Below, piece after piece: positions 49,301-59,849 of a stretch of 64,000 nucleotides of DNA (the stretch's first letter is position 1; every line of letters begins with the position of its first letter). The notes below the pieces were generated by a model. The model was not told the origin of the DNA and made no database searches. It was given only the letters and a program-made list of their open reading frames with translations. The stretch is taken from positions 62,558,001-62,622,000 of the forward strand of contig CM060731.1 of NCBI GenBank assembly GCA_030704615.1, in the 5' to 3' direction. The position numbers were made by a program, and so were the translations under genes. The stretch is from Takakia lepidozioides (taxonomy: Eukaryota; Plantae; Bryophyta).

Positions 49301-49876
49301 ATGTCGGAGCCTCCGGGCGTCTGGCCTGTTGCACCGGGTTGGCAGCCTCTCTCAGAATGAGGCGGATGCTCTATCTGCAGCAGGATTTCGAATGGTGCAA
49401 CGCACAGACATCCCGGCCCACACGCATTTCCCGGTTCCCCAAACCCAACCATTGCAGACTGCTCGTCCAATAAGACGGATTGGACAATTCTGCACATCCC
49501 ACAATGCGATTCGGAAGAGTGAAGAGAACGACACCCCTCCCAACAAGTTGAATGAGACTCGGATTGCCATGCTCTTGGGATGGCTTGCACTATTCAGGCT
49601 CCGTGGACGTACCCCCACCCGGCCTTGGCGTGTGTATCGGATGGCAATGGCCGTCTCGGCTGTACACGACGATGTATACAAATTACGATTGGAGTGGAGC
49701 CGACTTGCAATTGTACGGACTTCTCGTTGATGGAAGCAAAGAAGGGTTCGAAGTATTATCCGTGCAAGCATCTGTATTACATCTACCTGAAGAGGTTGAG
49801 GATGAACGTGACTATTGATGACTTTATTTCATGCACCGGCGTTGAGCGTGAACGAGCTGCACAAACTCCTCCTTAG
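46320..49876 (+). CDS. Mutator-family transposase of MULE-1 (GCM-like Zn domain, DDE core, SWIM finger), frameshifted, one intron at ~48402-48486
   Basis: DGHPWCVTKT..VCAGALRC..CAHCKEP; WVMFDH, FMADNA, CGFHF (CxxH), TTNMAE; C-terminal CNCTDF..PCKHLYYIY. Confidence 0.88.
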
Positions 49877-50039
49877 GGATTCCAGAAATCATTGATGGGG
49901 CAAACGGAATCCTCCATATGGATTTTTCAAATGCATTTTGCTGTATCAGACTTTTTTTTGCAGTGTAATGAAATGCACCCCAAAACTCCTGGATGAGGCA
50001 ATATTCCATTCAAACTGAGATCCAACAGAAGCAGTTGTG

Positions 50040-50440
50040 GGGCCCATTTCTGGAAAAATGGCGCCGAATTTCTCTTTTGTGGGGCCGAAAACTGGCTAAG
50101 TCCCAACATGCACTGGTTGTGTCTGGGAAATGGCGCCGAATTTCTCTTTTTGGGGCCGAAAACAGGCTATAAGTCCCAACATGCACTGGTACCGTGTCTG
50201 GAAAATGGCGCCGAATTTCTCCTTTTTGGGGCCGAAACTGGCTAAGTCCCAACATGCATTGGTACAGTGTCTGGAAAAATGGCGCCGAATTTCCCTATTT
50301 TGCGCCGAAAACTGGCTAAGTCCGAACATGCACTGGAAAAATGGCGCCCGAATTACCTGTCATGAGGGACCTATAGCCGCGGAATTCGGCACCTTTTTTC
50401 GCCAGAGAGACCTATTACCGCGAAATTCGGCGCCATATTT
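50040..50440. repeat. Subterminal ~70-bp tandem array of MULE-1 carrying GGCGCCGAATTTC
   Basis: 4-5 units of GAAAATGGCGCCGAATTTC...GCCGAAAACTGGCTAAGTCCCAACATGCA. Confidence 0.9.
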
Positions 50441-50821
50441 GCACATGTCGCTGGGAATTGGCATGAGCGGAAGACAAAATATCATGAGCACAACTGTCAA
50501 AAATGCAATTTTCCCTTCAAGGGGCCGAATAATATATTTGTTTTGCCTGACACATTGCATTAAATTATTGTTTTTTTATTGTTTTTTTATTTTCGAAATT
50601 TGTACTTCTGCTCATGAAAACCGATTGTTTTCTACTCTCTGCTCATTCCCGCTCATGCTCATGAAATAGCAAACCTCCTGGTGGCCTACTTTGCTCAAGG
50701 ATGTACACAAGTATTGCAAGAGTTGTGATGAGTGTCAAAGGCTAGGGCCTTTGCAAAGATCCGGGAAGATGGCTTTGCATCCTACAATGCCTACTGAACC
50801 ATTCCAGAAATGGGGATTAGA

Positions 50822-52091
50822 CACTACTACAGAAACCGGTTTTTCCAACACCACCCATAGTTCACACCTGGCACTTTGAACAACTCCTCTTACACCCATG
50901 TGAGAGGAGGCAAGGTGTGATCTGGACCATTGTAGGAAAACCCACATGGTGTTACAAATTTCACACTCGAATGACACCCATACGGTCAACGGGTGTTGAC
51001 CAAGATAATGCATATGGGGCATTTGACATGAGTGTGAAATGAGTCATGGAGTGAGAGGTTAGTGTGAGATGTCCTACAGGAATTTGGGGCAACTATATGG
51101 CGTGGCACATTGACCATCCAGGTGGAAGATAGATGGATGAAATGACTTCCACCTCTATTCAACATGCCTTGGACGACATAACACATAGACTTTTGTTTAG
51201 AGAATTTAAAAGTTCAAAAAGGTTATTAGGGTTATGGGGTCTGCATGTAGAGGGTTGTGGGACTTGTAGTTTTTCTATTGCCAGCTCGTTTAGAATCTGA
51301 ATGCCCACCAGTGCAGGCCATCCATTTAAGTTGATGCCAAAATGCATTTTCATCCAAACATCAAAGCTCTCAAAATAGACAACCTCAAGTAAAATGAGAA
51401 GGAGATCGGCAGAACCGAAATGCATAGAATTCTCTTCAATATTGAACACTGCCTGCAACTATTGGCTATAACTTGCCCTCTATCCTGTCACATATAATCC
51501 CTTCGGGAACCAGCAATCCAAAAAGATGCACTGCTCATGCAGCTGACGACAATATCGTTATGAGAATGTCACACTATAATCAACAATGTACAACAATTGC
51601 TTTGAGAAGCTATAGATAAAACTACCACATGTCGTCTCAGAGATTTGTGAGCGCCATAAATGTCAATCCCATTTCTGTCCAGTCAACCTTGACACGCAGT
51701 TCGGGACACGCAGCAGAGGGCGTAGGCGCATGTGCACAACAACCCTAGGCCCCTCACAATGAGACAGTCTGAAGCTGAGCTGAGCACGAATTTCAATCTC
51801 TAGTAGTCCAACCGTACTAGAGAATATCCAGTGATCCTCAGACGAGGCTTTCTTCACCACCTTACAAAAATTGTTCCCAATGACTACCTCCCTGTCCACA
51901 TTATTGCTTGATGTCAAGAAGCTTGGACAAAGTGCCTTGCTCTTTGTGACTGGCTCCCTTTTTGAGACAGCAGGGTTTTTTTTTACGGGTGTACTTCACT
52001 CACAACCGTCTTTTTTACACTGCGTCCGGGATATCAATGATCGCCCCAACATTTCCCCACCCTATCAAGCGCCAGTGTTTTTTAACTAGTG
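50822..52091. mobile_element. Possible CACTA/EnSpm-like non-autonomous segment
   Basis: The Gypsy integrase (KWGLD) breaks exactly at CACTACTACAGAAAC (50822). A TAGTG end at 52087-52091 matches only partly and the 3-bp TSD does not match, so the two ends may belong to different elements. Confidence 0.45.
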
Positions 52092-52130
52092 ATTTTCAAC
52101 TCGTCTGCTGAGGGCCCCACTTTCTCCCCT

Positions 52131-52472
52131 CTACTGGTACATGTCAAAATCACTCCAAGAGCCATAGTGTTGGAAAACTGCCTTCGCATCCTTGATGCTC
52201 CCACATTTGGCATACATGTCCACGAGGGCACTGTCCAGAATCACAATCAGGTACAATTCCAGCTTTGACAATGAAACCATGGACCTGATCTTCCCTTTTC
52301 CAGAGCTGGCAAGCTTGCCCTTGATGCTCCCACATTTGGCGTACATGTCCACGAGGGCATTGTTCAGAATCACATCAGGTACAATTCCAGCTTTGACAAT
52401 GAAACCATGGACCTCAGAACCTTTTCCAAAGCTGCCAGGCTTGCCCTTTATGCTGACACATTTGGCATACAT
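52131..52472 (-). pseudogene. PPR gene fragment with an internal tandem duplication, interrupted by a Gypsy LTR
   Basis: VHGFIVKAGIVPDVILNNALVDMYAKCGSIK occurs twice in tandem (the second copy frameshifted). Confidence 0.85.
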
Positions 52473-53191
52473 TGTCGCGGCCCTTTGCCTTGAGGGCAGG
52501 GGGTCGGGACACATGAGGGGCTGCCCCTGTGGTGGGGGCAGCGGCAGCAATAGGTATGGGGGGCTGAAGCACCCTTGAGTGCCCAAGGCACTCAAGGAGG
52601 CGGAGGCGCTCACTAGGTGGAGCCCCGCACACCGGGTTGCGGTAGGTGGCTCCACAAGGGTGTGGTAGCTTAGTGGGACTTAGTGGGGGTGGCATAGGAC
52701 TCACCATGGGGTGGAGACCTCGAGGTGGGAGTCGTGGGGAGTCTTGGGACTCATCACGGTCCATTGGGGCCGCGGTGAGTGGGCCAAGACTCACCGCGAC
52801 TCACCACCGGGAGTCGAGGGTTTTCGTGGTGGTTCGCCATAAAATGGCATGGCTGGTTATGAAACCCCGCGGACAGCTACAGAAGTATATATAGGGAGTA
52901 GTAACCCCGAGAACGGTGCAAGCCCGTTGGTGACCAAAAACTAGTGAGTAAGCGAGCGAGCCGGAAAGCGACCAAAGAGTGGGGAGCTGTTCCGGACTGC
53001 CATCTACCAAAGGGAATTCTCCTAGTCCCAAATAGGTGGAGGGTTTAGAGGGAAGCGGAAGGGGACCGTTATGTCCCGGTGAGCAGCCGAAACTCCAAGT
53101 TGGCCCGGCGGCCAGGTTGGGAGTCAGGCGCGCGCATCAAAGCGAGTAACTATGACTTGAAGGGGAGTTTACCGAACTGAGGTGTGCGACA
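52473..53191 (+). repeat. 5' LTR of Gypsy family C
   Basis: TGTCGC...GCGACA inverted termini, a TATATA box at ~52886, followed by the PBS. Confidence 0.9.
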
Positions 53192-53193
53192 CT

Positions 53194-53205
53194 TGGTATC
53201 AGAGC
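53194..53205 (+). promoter_or_regulatory. Primer binding site, initiator tRNA-Met
   Basis: TGGTATCAGAGC lies two nt after the LTR end. Confidence 0.95.
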
Positions 53206-53246
53206 TTAGAGTTCAGTACGCGATCGTCCTTGGGATTGGCCTCATC

Positions 53247-54170
53247 ATGGGGTCGGGCAAGCCGAAGCGAAAGCGAACGGCCCAAAAGATGATGATCCCG
53301 GTGAGCCCGATGGGGGCGACGTGTCACCGAGGCGGCCGTTTGAGGAAGCGATTAATGTTTCCGAAAACGAGGCCGCTCAGGAGCGGGAGGAATCCGAGGA
53401 GTCGGAGCCCCGAGGAATCTTTGAGAGCTCCGACAAACCAAGAGATGCCTCCCATGCCGGCAGCCTTTTGGGAAGGGTTGTTGGCGCAGTTTGGCGGGAC
53501 GTTGAAAGACGTGTTGAAGGCGGCTAATGCCACTTCCACCAAGGCAAAGTTTAAGGTGAAGCCTAAGGAACCCGGCACCTTCGAGGGCGTTCGAAACCGG
53601 AAGGCACTCAACACCTGGCTCCTGGAGCTAGAGCAGTACTTCCGGGCGGCCAAGTTGAGTGACGAGGATCGGGTGAAGTGGCTCCCACCTATTTGAGGGG
53701 CTATGCTCAACAATGGTGCAGAAACGCCTTCACGACCGAGGCCCAAGCCCGGAAACCTTGAACTGGAGTGAGTTCAAGGAATTGATGAAGAGACAGTTTG
53801 TGCCCCTCAACGCATCCTGGCTTGCCCGGGACAAGATGAGGAATTTGAAGCAAACAGATGACATTCGGGGGTATGTCCAGGCTTTCAATGTGCTGTTGCT
53901 CGAAGTCGCGGACATGGCAGAACCAGAAATGGTCTTCAACTTTGTGGCGGGACTGGCCCCATGGGCTAGGCGGAAGTTGGAGGAGAAGCCACCCAAGACT
54001 TTGAACGAGGCAATTGAGAGAGCTGAATGTTTCTCGGATGTCCCTAGGGGTGAGAGACAAAGCCGTACGGAGCTGAACCACAAGAAGACCCGGCGGGAAG
54101 GTGACTCCTCCCGACCGGAAAAGAAGTGGGATAGGCCACGCGGCGAAAATGGCACGTGGAAATCCAAGGG
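53247..54170 (+). CDS. gag: gag of Gypsy family C, frameshifted and interrupted by MULE-2 (start approximate)
   Basis: KPKEPGTFEG..WLLELEQYF, WSEFKELMKRQF, LKQTDDIRGYVQAF and FVAGL..PKTLNEAIERAE. Confidence 0.85.
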
Positions 54171-54429
54171 GGGGGTTGCTATTCCATGAGCTCATGAGCG
54201 GTGAGCTCATGAGCTCATGAGCGGGCATGGCTAACCCATGAGCCGCAAAGTAACACACTTCGAATTTCGGCAGATTTTTTTCGGGCCAAAAACTATAAAA
54301 TAATCAAAAATCGAAGATTTCCGCGCTCATGCTGGAAGCACTCCGCTCATGAGTACCAGTGTACGCTCATGACTTGGAGCCCAGGCTCATGGACCGCCAG
54401 GCCAGGTCATAGAATAACAGAATTCTGGG

Positions 54430-54920
54430 CAATAACGGCACCGAAATTATCCCAGAGGCAGAGACGCAAGCGGAATTAGGATCCGGGTTTGCAGACTCCG
54501 AAAACGCAATGGCGACCTATAACCGTGGATAGTACTATTGCAGAAGTGCAGGATGGTTGGTATAACGAGGCCGTAATTGGGAACAGGAAAAGAAATAGCG
54601 CGCTGAAGGCTCGGGAGTGAAGCCAACAACGGTGAAAGTAATTGGGCTCTGCCAACCAAATACCCGGCTGCATCCTCCGGAATGCAGGCGATAACGGCGC
54701 CGAAATGGGCCCCGGAAACCAAATACTCGGCTGAAGCCACCGGAGTGCAGCCGATAACGGCGCCGAAATTGGGTCCGGAAACCAAATACCCGGCTGAAGG
54801 CTGGGGATTGCAACCAATAACGGCGCCGAAATTGACCTGCGGAAACAAAATTCTCGGCTGAAGCTTCCGCACTCCATGTAATAACGGCGCCGAAATTGGG
54901 CGTCGGAGAGCAAATACCCG
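54430..54920. repeat. Subterminal ~63-bp tandem array of MULE-2 carrying ATAACGGCGCCGAAAT
   Basis: Units at ~54691, 54754, 54817 and 54881, plus degenerate upstream copies. Confidence 0.85.
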
Positions 54921-55018
54921 CCTTACGGTGAGGGAGGCCTTGCTCTCATTTTGCTCTTCACTCTTCTCTGTTGTGCCCATCTCCTCCCTGCTTTGAGTTC
55001 GTGTTGTGTCGTGAGGCC

Positions 55019-55567
55019 ATGTCGTGCCCGAATCACATCTATCGACGCCAGACGGGAGTCATTTTCCCGAAAGCAGACGACATCATTGTCTTCCTGGATG
55101 TTTACAGGGATCCTCGACTTGTCCAGCTGAGAGCAATGGAGTTTCTTCCAGGATTGCACGATTCTCCTGGACCCCGGCTGGGGAGCAGGTGGTTCCTACG
55201 CATCATGGACCTGGACTTTCCGCATGTGTGGGAGCCGAACAGATCACGCACAGCGTTGCTGTATCGCTGGAATTGTTGCGAGTGGACGTATGATGAGTGC
55301 ATAGGTGAAAACTTTACGCGTGGACGGACTGGCTCGGAAAGTGGGGACATTCTCTTCAGTTATGAGGATGAGGAGGAGGGGAACACAGGGCCCACTGTGA
55401 AAATGTCCTTCTACCAAGGGGGCGCTATCGATAAACACGACATCCTCGTTAGTTTCAACCGGGCGACAGAAACCACTGACATTTTGTTCAAATATAGGCA
55501 CCCGGTCACTCAGGAGGTCCTTGAGAGGCCAGTTCGAGTTCCTTCTTCTTGGGCGAGGGGACCATAG
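55019..55567 (+). CDS. Hypothetical protein (~182 aa), extra cargo of MULE-2
   Basis: Open ORF from ATG 55019 with globular-looking composition, convergent with the transposase. No recognised motif. Confidence 0.5.
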   Translation: MSCPNHIYRRQTGVIFPKADDIIVFLDVYRDPRLVQLRAMEFLPGLHDSPGPRLGSRWFLRIMDLDFPHVWEPNRSRTALLYRWNCCEWTYDECIGENFTRGRTGSESGDILFSYEDEEEGNTGPTVKMSFYQGGAIDKHDILVSFNRATETTDILFKYRHPVTQEVLERPVRVPSSWARGP

Positions 55568-55951
55568 GTCTTGCATGCTAGAGTAGACATGTTTCAACTT
55601 GCTGACACTCATGGCACATACATTTTCATTCAGAAATCAAGCAGCTTCCCTGTGCCATATGGGGAATATACAGGCTTCGATAATCTTCTGTTAATGTTAT
55701 TTGCAATTCACTGCCAGTATGCTGGGACGTGTCCTTTGTCGTATGGATTGCTGTTTGCACAAGGTGCAGTATGCAAATGCTGGAATGTGCAGTAGGACCC
55801 TTCCCACTGGGACACAGAACTAGCAATCTTGTAAAGGCATCACATTTGCAGAACAGTAACAATGTATTTGTAGCAAATTGGAGTCTTCTCATAAAGGTGG
55901 ACGAAATTCACATGTAGCCATGGCGATGCGGCACCACCAAGTGTATAATTC

Positions 55952-58900
55952 CTAAAAAATAGGGTGCAAGAAGATGAATGTAATATAATTGCCACTAACT
56001 CCTTCCCGAATGTGGAATGTCAAGCAGTCCGACCAGTATCCTGCCGTAGGGCCTTGTGCAGCTCGTTGAAACTCAGTGTTGGAGCATGGATGAAGACGTC
56101 CACTGCGGATATGCAACTCATGCGCTTCATAAAAATGTAATAAAGGTGTTTGCAGGGGACGTATGCTGCATTCTCGATTCCATAACAAGGAAGTCCTCAC
56201 AGTTGCAAGCTGGGTACTGTGAAACCGTGATTGCATACACGACACTGCGCGCAGCAGACCCGGCTGTTGACAACTGAAATATGCGCCCCATCCCGGGGTG
56301 AGGAACATCCCTGCAACCTTGCACTATGCAGGGCATTGCAAGAGCGTTGGCCATCCTGGTGTCGTTCGCCTTTGTTGGTGGCCGCCGTCTTTTCAGTTTA
56401 CCCCCCGATGGGTGGGCCAAGCTGCGGGGTCACCCACCGGTATGCGGGGCGAAGAGCTTCTCGTGGGAGGAGGATGACGATTGGGAATTGGATTTCGTGG
56501 AACGTCTGTCCTCCACCAGTCGAAACCCTGCACTTCCTAGAGCGTCTGCCTCCTCCAGGGTAAGATCTGTACCACTTGCCACAGGCCAGACTGCCGGTGG
56601 TTCAGGCATGCCTTGTACACCATACTTGGGCTTGCCGAACACACACGACATGATGTCGTGCCTGCAGAACCAAAACTCCTTCAGTGTGGCCTCCACAAAC
56701 TTTGCGCACACAAATCTCCCTGTGAAGCAAGGGGCAGGCACACCGCCCTGCGGGCTCCTCCGAATCATCTCATTGCATCTCTGGTTGGTGTCGACACGAA
56801 CAGCACAACATTTGCCACGAAATGTCGGACGGGTCCGTGCAATTCTCCACTGCGAGGCCGACACATCTCTCCACGATTGGAATGTTGTATTGGGTAACGA
56901 AAACAGGAGCAAATGCCCATCCTCGGCATGTTGTCCCGAGTCTGGCAGCGATTCCATGGATGCTGCAGGAGAGGGGGTACGAGTCCTGCTTCGTGGAGGC
57001 GTGGGACGCAACATCGTTGCGCCCCGAGGTTGAGTGCGGATGTTCATATCTGATCTCCATGAATCCCCATCCCCTCCGGGCATGTCCTCAATTCTTCTCT
57101 TCACCGGCCGGCTGCGGACATCGCCCTCCAGGCAGTTCCCCCGACTGTGTAACGGCGTTGACCTTATAGTTTCCCGCAATGCAGCAGTCCATTTTTTGGG
57201 ATCGGTCGAACGATGCGCCGCCCTCATCAGCATCTCCTGCCTGTCTGGTCCGATACCCCATTGCTTTCCTCCCAGAAACTGGTAGTAATGAGATTGTTGC
57301 ATGATGGCCCTCACAATATCTTCTGTTGTTGCTGTCAACATGTCAACGAGATGTGCTGCAGAGGAAGCACGCCAGGAAGAGTGCACCGATTCGGCCATGT
57401 TCGTCGTCGGCATATCCGTGTCATCCTCCAAGCTCATGTCCTGTTGAAGGAAATTAGATATGTCACTGATTGTGGAGAATGTCCAAGCACAAAACAGAAC
57501 AATTGTCAAGTACAGAAATGTGTTACCTGTCTCATGTAGTCTCCAAACTGGCGGAATCTATAATGCCACCACGCAAGCCACGTTTGCAGTTCTGGCTGAT
57601 CTTTCACATCCACTGCCCCTGAAGACACCCACCAGGCGCGTATGGTTGCAAACTCGGTCTCCGCCTCGTCGATGGAATTCGCATTTTTCCACGCTAGGCA
57701 CATACTGATATGATCCTGCCGGTGGCGTGACGCCACGAACCTTTTCGTGTTTTGCGTCAAACTCTGCATGAAGTGGAACCCGCAAGATCTCTCCTTTCCT
57801 TCCATTGGAGTCTTTGGGTCGTCCCCATATACCCTCCTAACTGCAGCCCAGTTTGCCTGGGCATTGTCAGCCATGAAGCCCCTAAAATCGGGAGGGGGCA
57901 ACTTGGCTCTCGCCATTTGCTCATTAATTCCGCGCCACATATGCAACTCCGAATCTGTGTCTTCTCCCTTCATTTCGCAGATAGCAATGGTCATCAACTT
58001 TCTGCAATGTGGGTCGTATACATGTGCCCCCATTGTCACCCAATCGTGGTTGGTAATTCGCCGGATGTGGTCAACATGACCCAACAATTGAGAGGTCTCC
58101 ACTGGTCATCCGCTTCACCAAATCGACGCCGCTCCCCGGTCCGCACGTTGACATCTTAAATATGAAGCACCTGTCCATCTCCGAGCCTTGACCAGGAAAG
58201 AAGCTGCCTTGGATGAAGTCGTAGCCGCATGTGCGTTTCACTTCCAAGATGGAGTGCATGTCTGATCCTCTTCCGATTCGTTTCTTGCAGCTGACAATGT
58301 GGTTCCTGACATTGGGGCTGCACACATGGGAGACAGCTTCCAGCAGGTCCTTCATGTCCCCCTCGCCCAGCTTCTCTCTTGTGCTTCCGTCCTCCGACAT
58401 TATTCTGCCAATTGCAATCCTATGTGCCGATGCGAGCTGTATCTGCTTTGGTTTTGCACCCGGCCTCAACCTCACCTCCTCCTTGATAATATCCTGGGCT
58501 TGTTGAAAAGCGACTCTGCAATTGCCTCTGGCGAGGGGGTGCTCATGCTTTCCGATGTGAATGCATGCTCTGGTGCACGCTGGGCCCGACGGTCCCGACG
58601 TAGTACTGCTTGGCGTTGCACACTGCCATGCACGTAGGGGCTGCGTTGCAATGGGCACACTTGAACGTCCCTGCAGGAACTCTACCTTGAGGCCAAAATG
58701 GGGTCGACGAATTGCCAATCCGTCAGTCTCATTCCTGGTGCCTTTGCTAGTGTAATGGTAACATGTGCTCGAGAAACATTTAAGATGCCCAGCACACAAT
58801 ACATATCTCACTCGAACTCCATCACCCAGGTTGGACGATGAAGTTTTGGTGACACACCAAGGGTGGCCGTCATGTTTCCTGTTCATTCCTGCGAGCATGC

Positions 58901-59714
58901 CGTCTGGGCCTGCGCCTGCCGGCACTGGAGGGAACTCGTAGATAGCATTCCCATCCACAACATCAGGCAAAGTTTCCACAGAATGGATTGGAGTTTTGTC
59001 GTAATCAAGCCTAAGAAGGTCACTGGAGCGGGAACCCGTTGTCTTCATCCTCCGCAATATGTCGATTACTGAGCGGACGGAAGTTTGAGTCGGACGGTGT
59101 ATGCTGAACACTCCTAGTGACGGACGACTTCGAAACATACGATGGAAGGACCATACAGTCTTCATCGTCACTGGATAAGTCGTGGACGACTGTTTCCCTG
59201 TTTTCCTGGATTTCCCTTTTCACATGTTTGGGCTTCTCTGCTTGTGAAGAGGTGCCCACATCCTTCACATCTTGCACCCCAGACCCTCTGTGGAAGGAGG
59301 ATCAACCAAGTTCCAGCGTGGGAACTCTTTAGGCACGATTTCACCAATGGCACTGTACCGGATGGATTCAGAAGCTGGGAGCCGCCACTCTTTGCCTTTT
59401 CCGAAATCTGCATGCAGAATGACGGCACTTTCCAGAAAATTTCCATAAGCATCCTTCGTCTCCTCTTCCAAAAACACCGTTCCAGGGCGGAGCCCGAACT
59501 TCACACACAAGTACTGCTCAGTGACAATCGCAAATCCTTGGTCGCAGGGTATTTTAGCTTTCAGAGAATCAGGATGGAAGTACACGTTGACCCAAACACG
59601 GGAGTCCATTTTGAAGACGGGACCTCTCGGTACGCTCCGCAGCGAAGTCCTGCAATGAGAAGAGTGTGTCCTACCTAATAACACAAATGATTTTCTGGAG
59701 GATTCCGTATCCAT
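55952..59714 (-). CDS. Mutator-family transposase of MULE-2 (GCM-like, DDE, SWIM), frameshifted, with an intron at the same position as in MULE-1
   Basis: DGHPWCVTKT, RACIHIGKHEHP, DHIRRIT, FMADNAQANW, CGFHF, TTNMAESVHS and YPACNCEDF. Confidence 0.88.
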
Positions 59715-59849
59715 GATGGGTGATCAGTGCACGTAAAGATGAAGGTGTGTAACGTACGTTAAAAAACGGACGAAAACAGCAAGTTCACATCGGATATTTG
59801 GTGCCTGAATTGTAATGTACAACCACTTGGGGTACAATAAATCAGGCCT

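Larger units (their letters stand above)
38649..50677. mobile_element. Complete 12-kb Mutator-like DNA transposon (MULE-1) with ParB-like/methyltransferase cargo
   Basis: 21-bp imperfect TIRs (GGGGGCTGCTATTTCATGAGC / GCTCATGAAATAGCAAACCTC), 8-bp TSD CTAGTGGC/CTGGTGGC, subterminal CATGAGC repeats. It interrupts a Gypsy integrase. Confidence 0.92.

Noticed and set aside
52131-52655. 174-aa ORF as an intact PPR gene
   Set aside because: It is chimeric: the N-terminal part is read from the family C LTR, and only 52131-52472 is PPR-derived.
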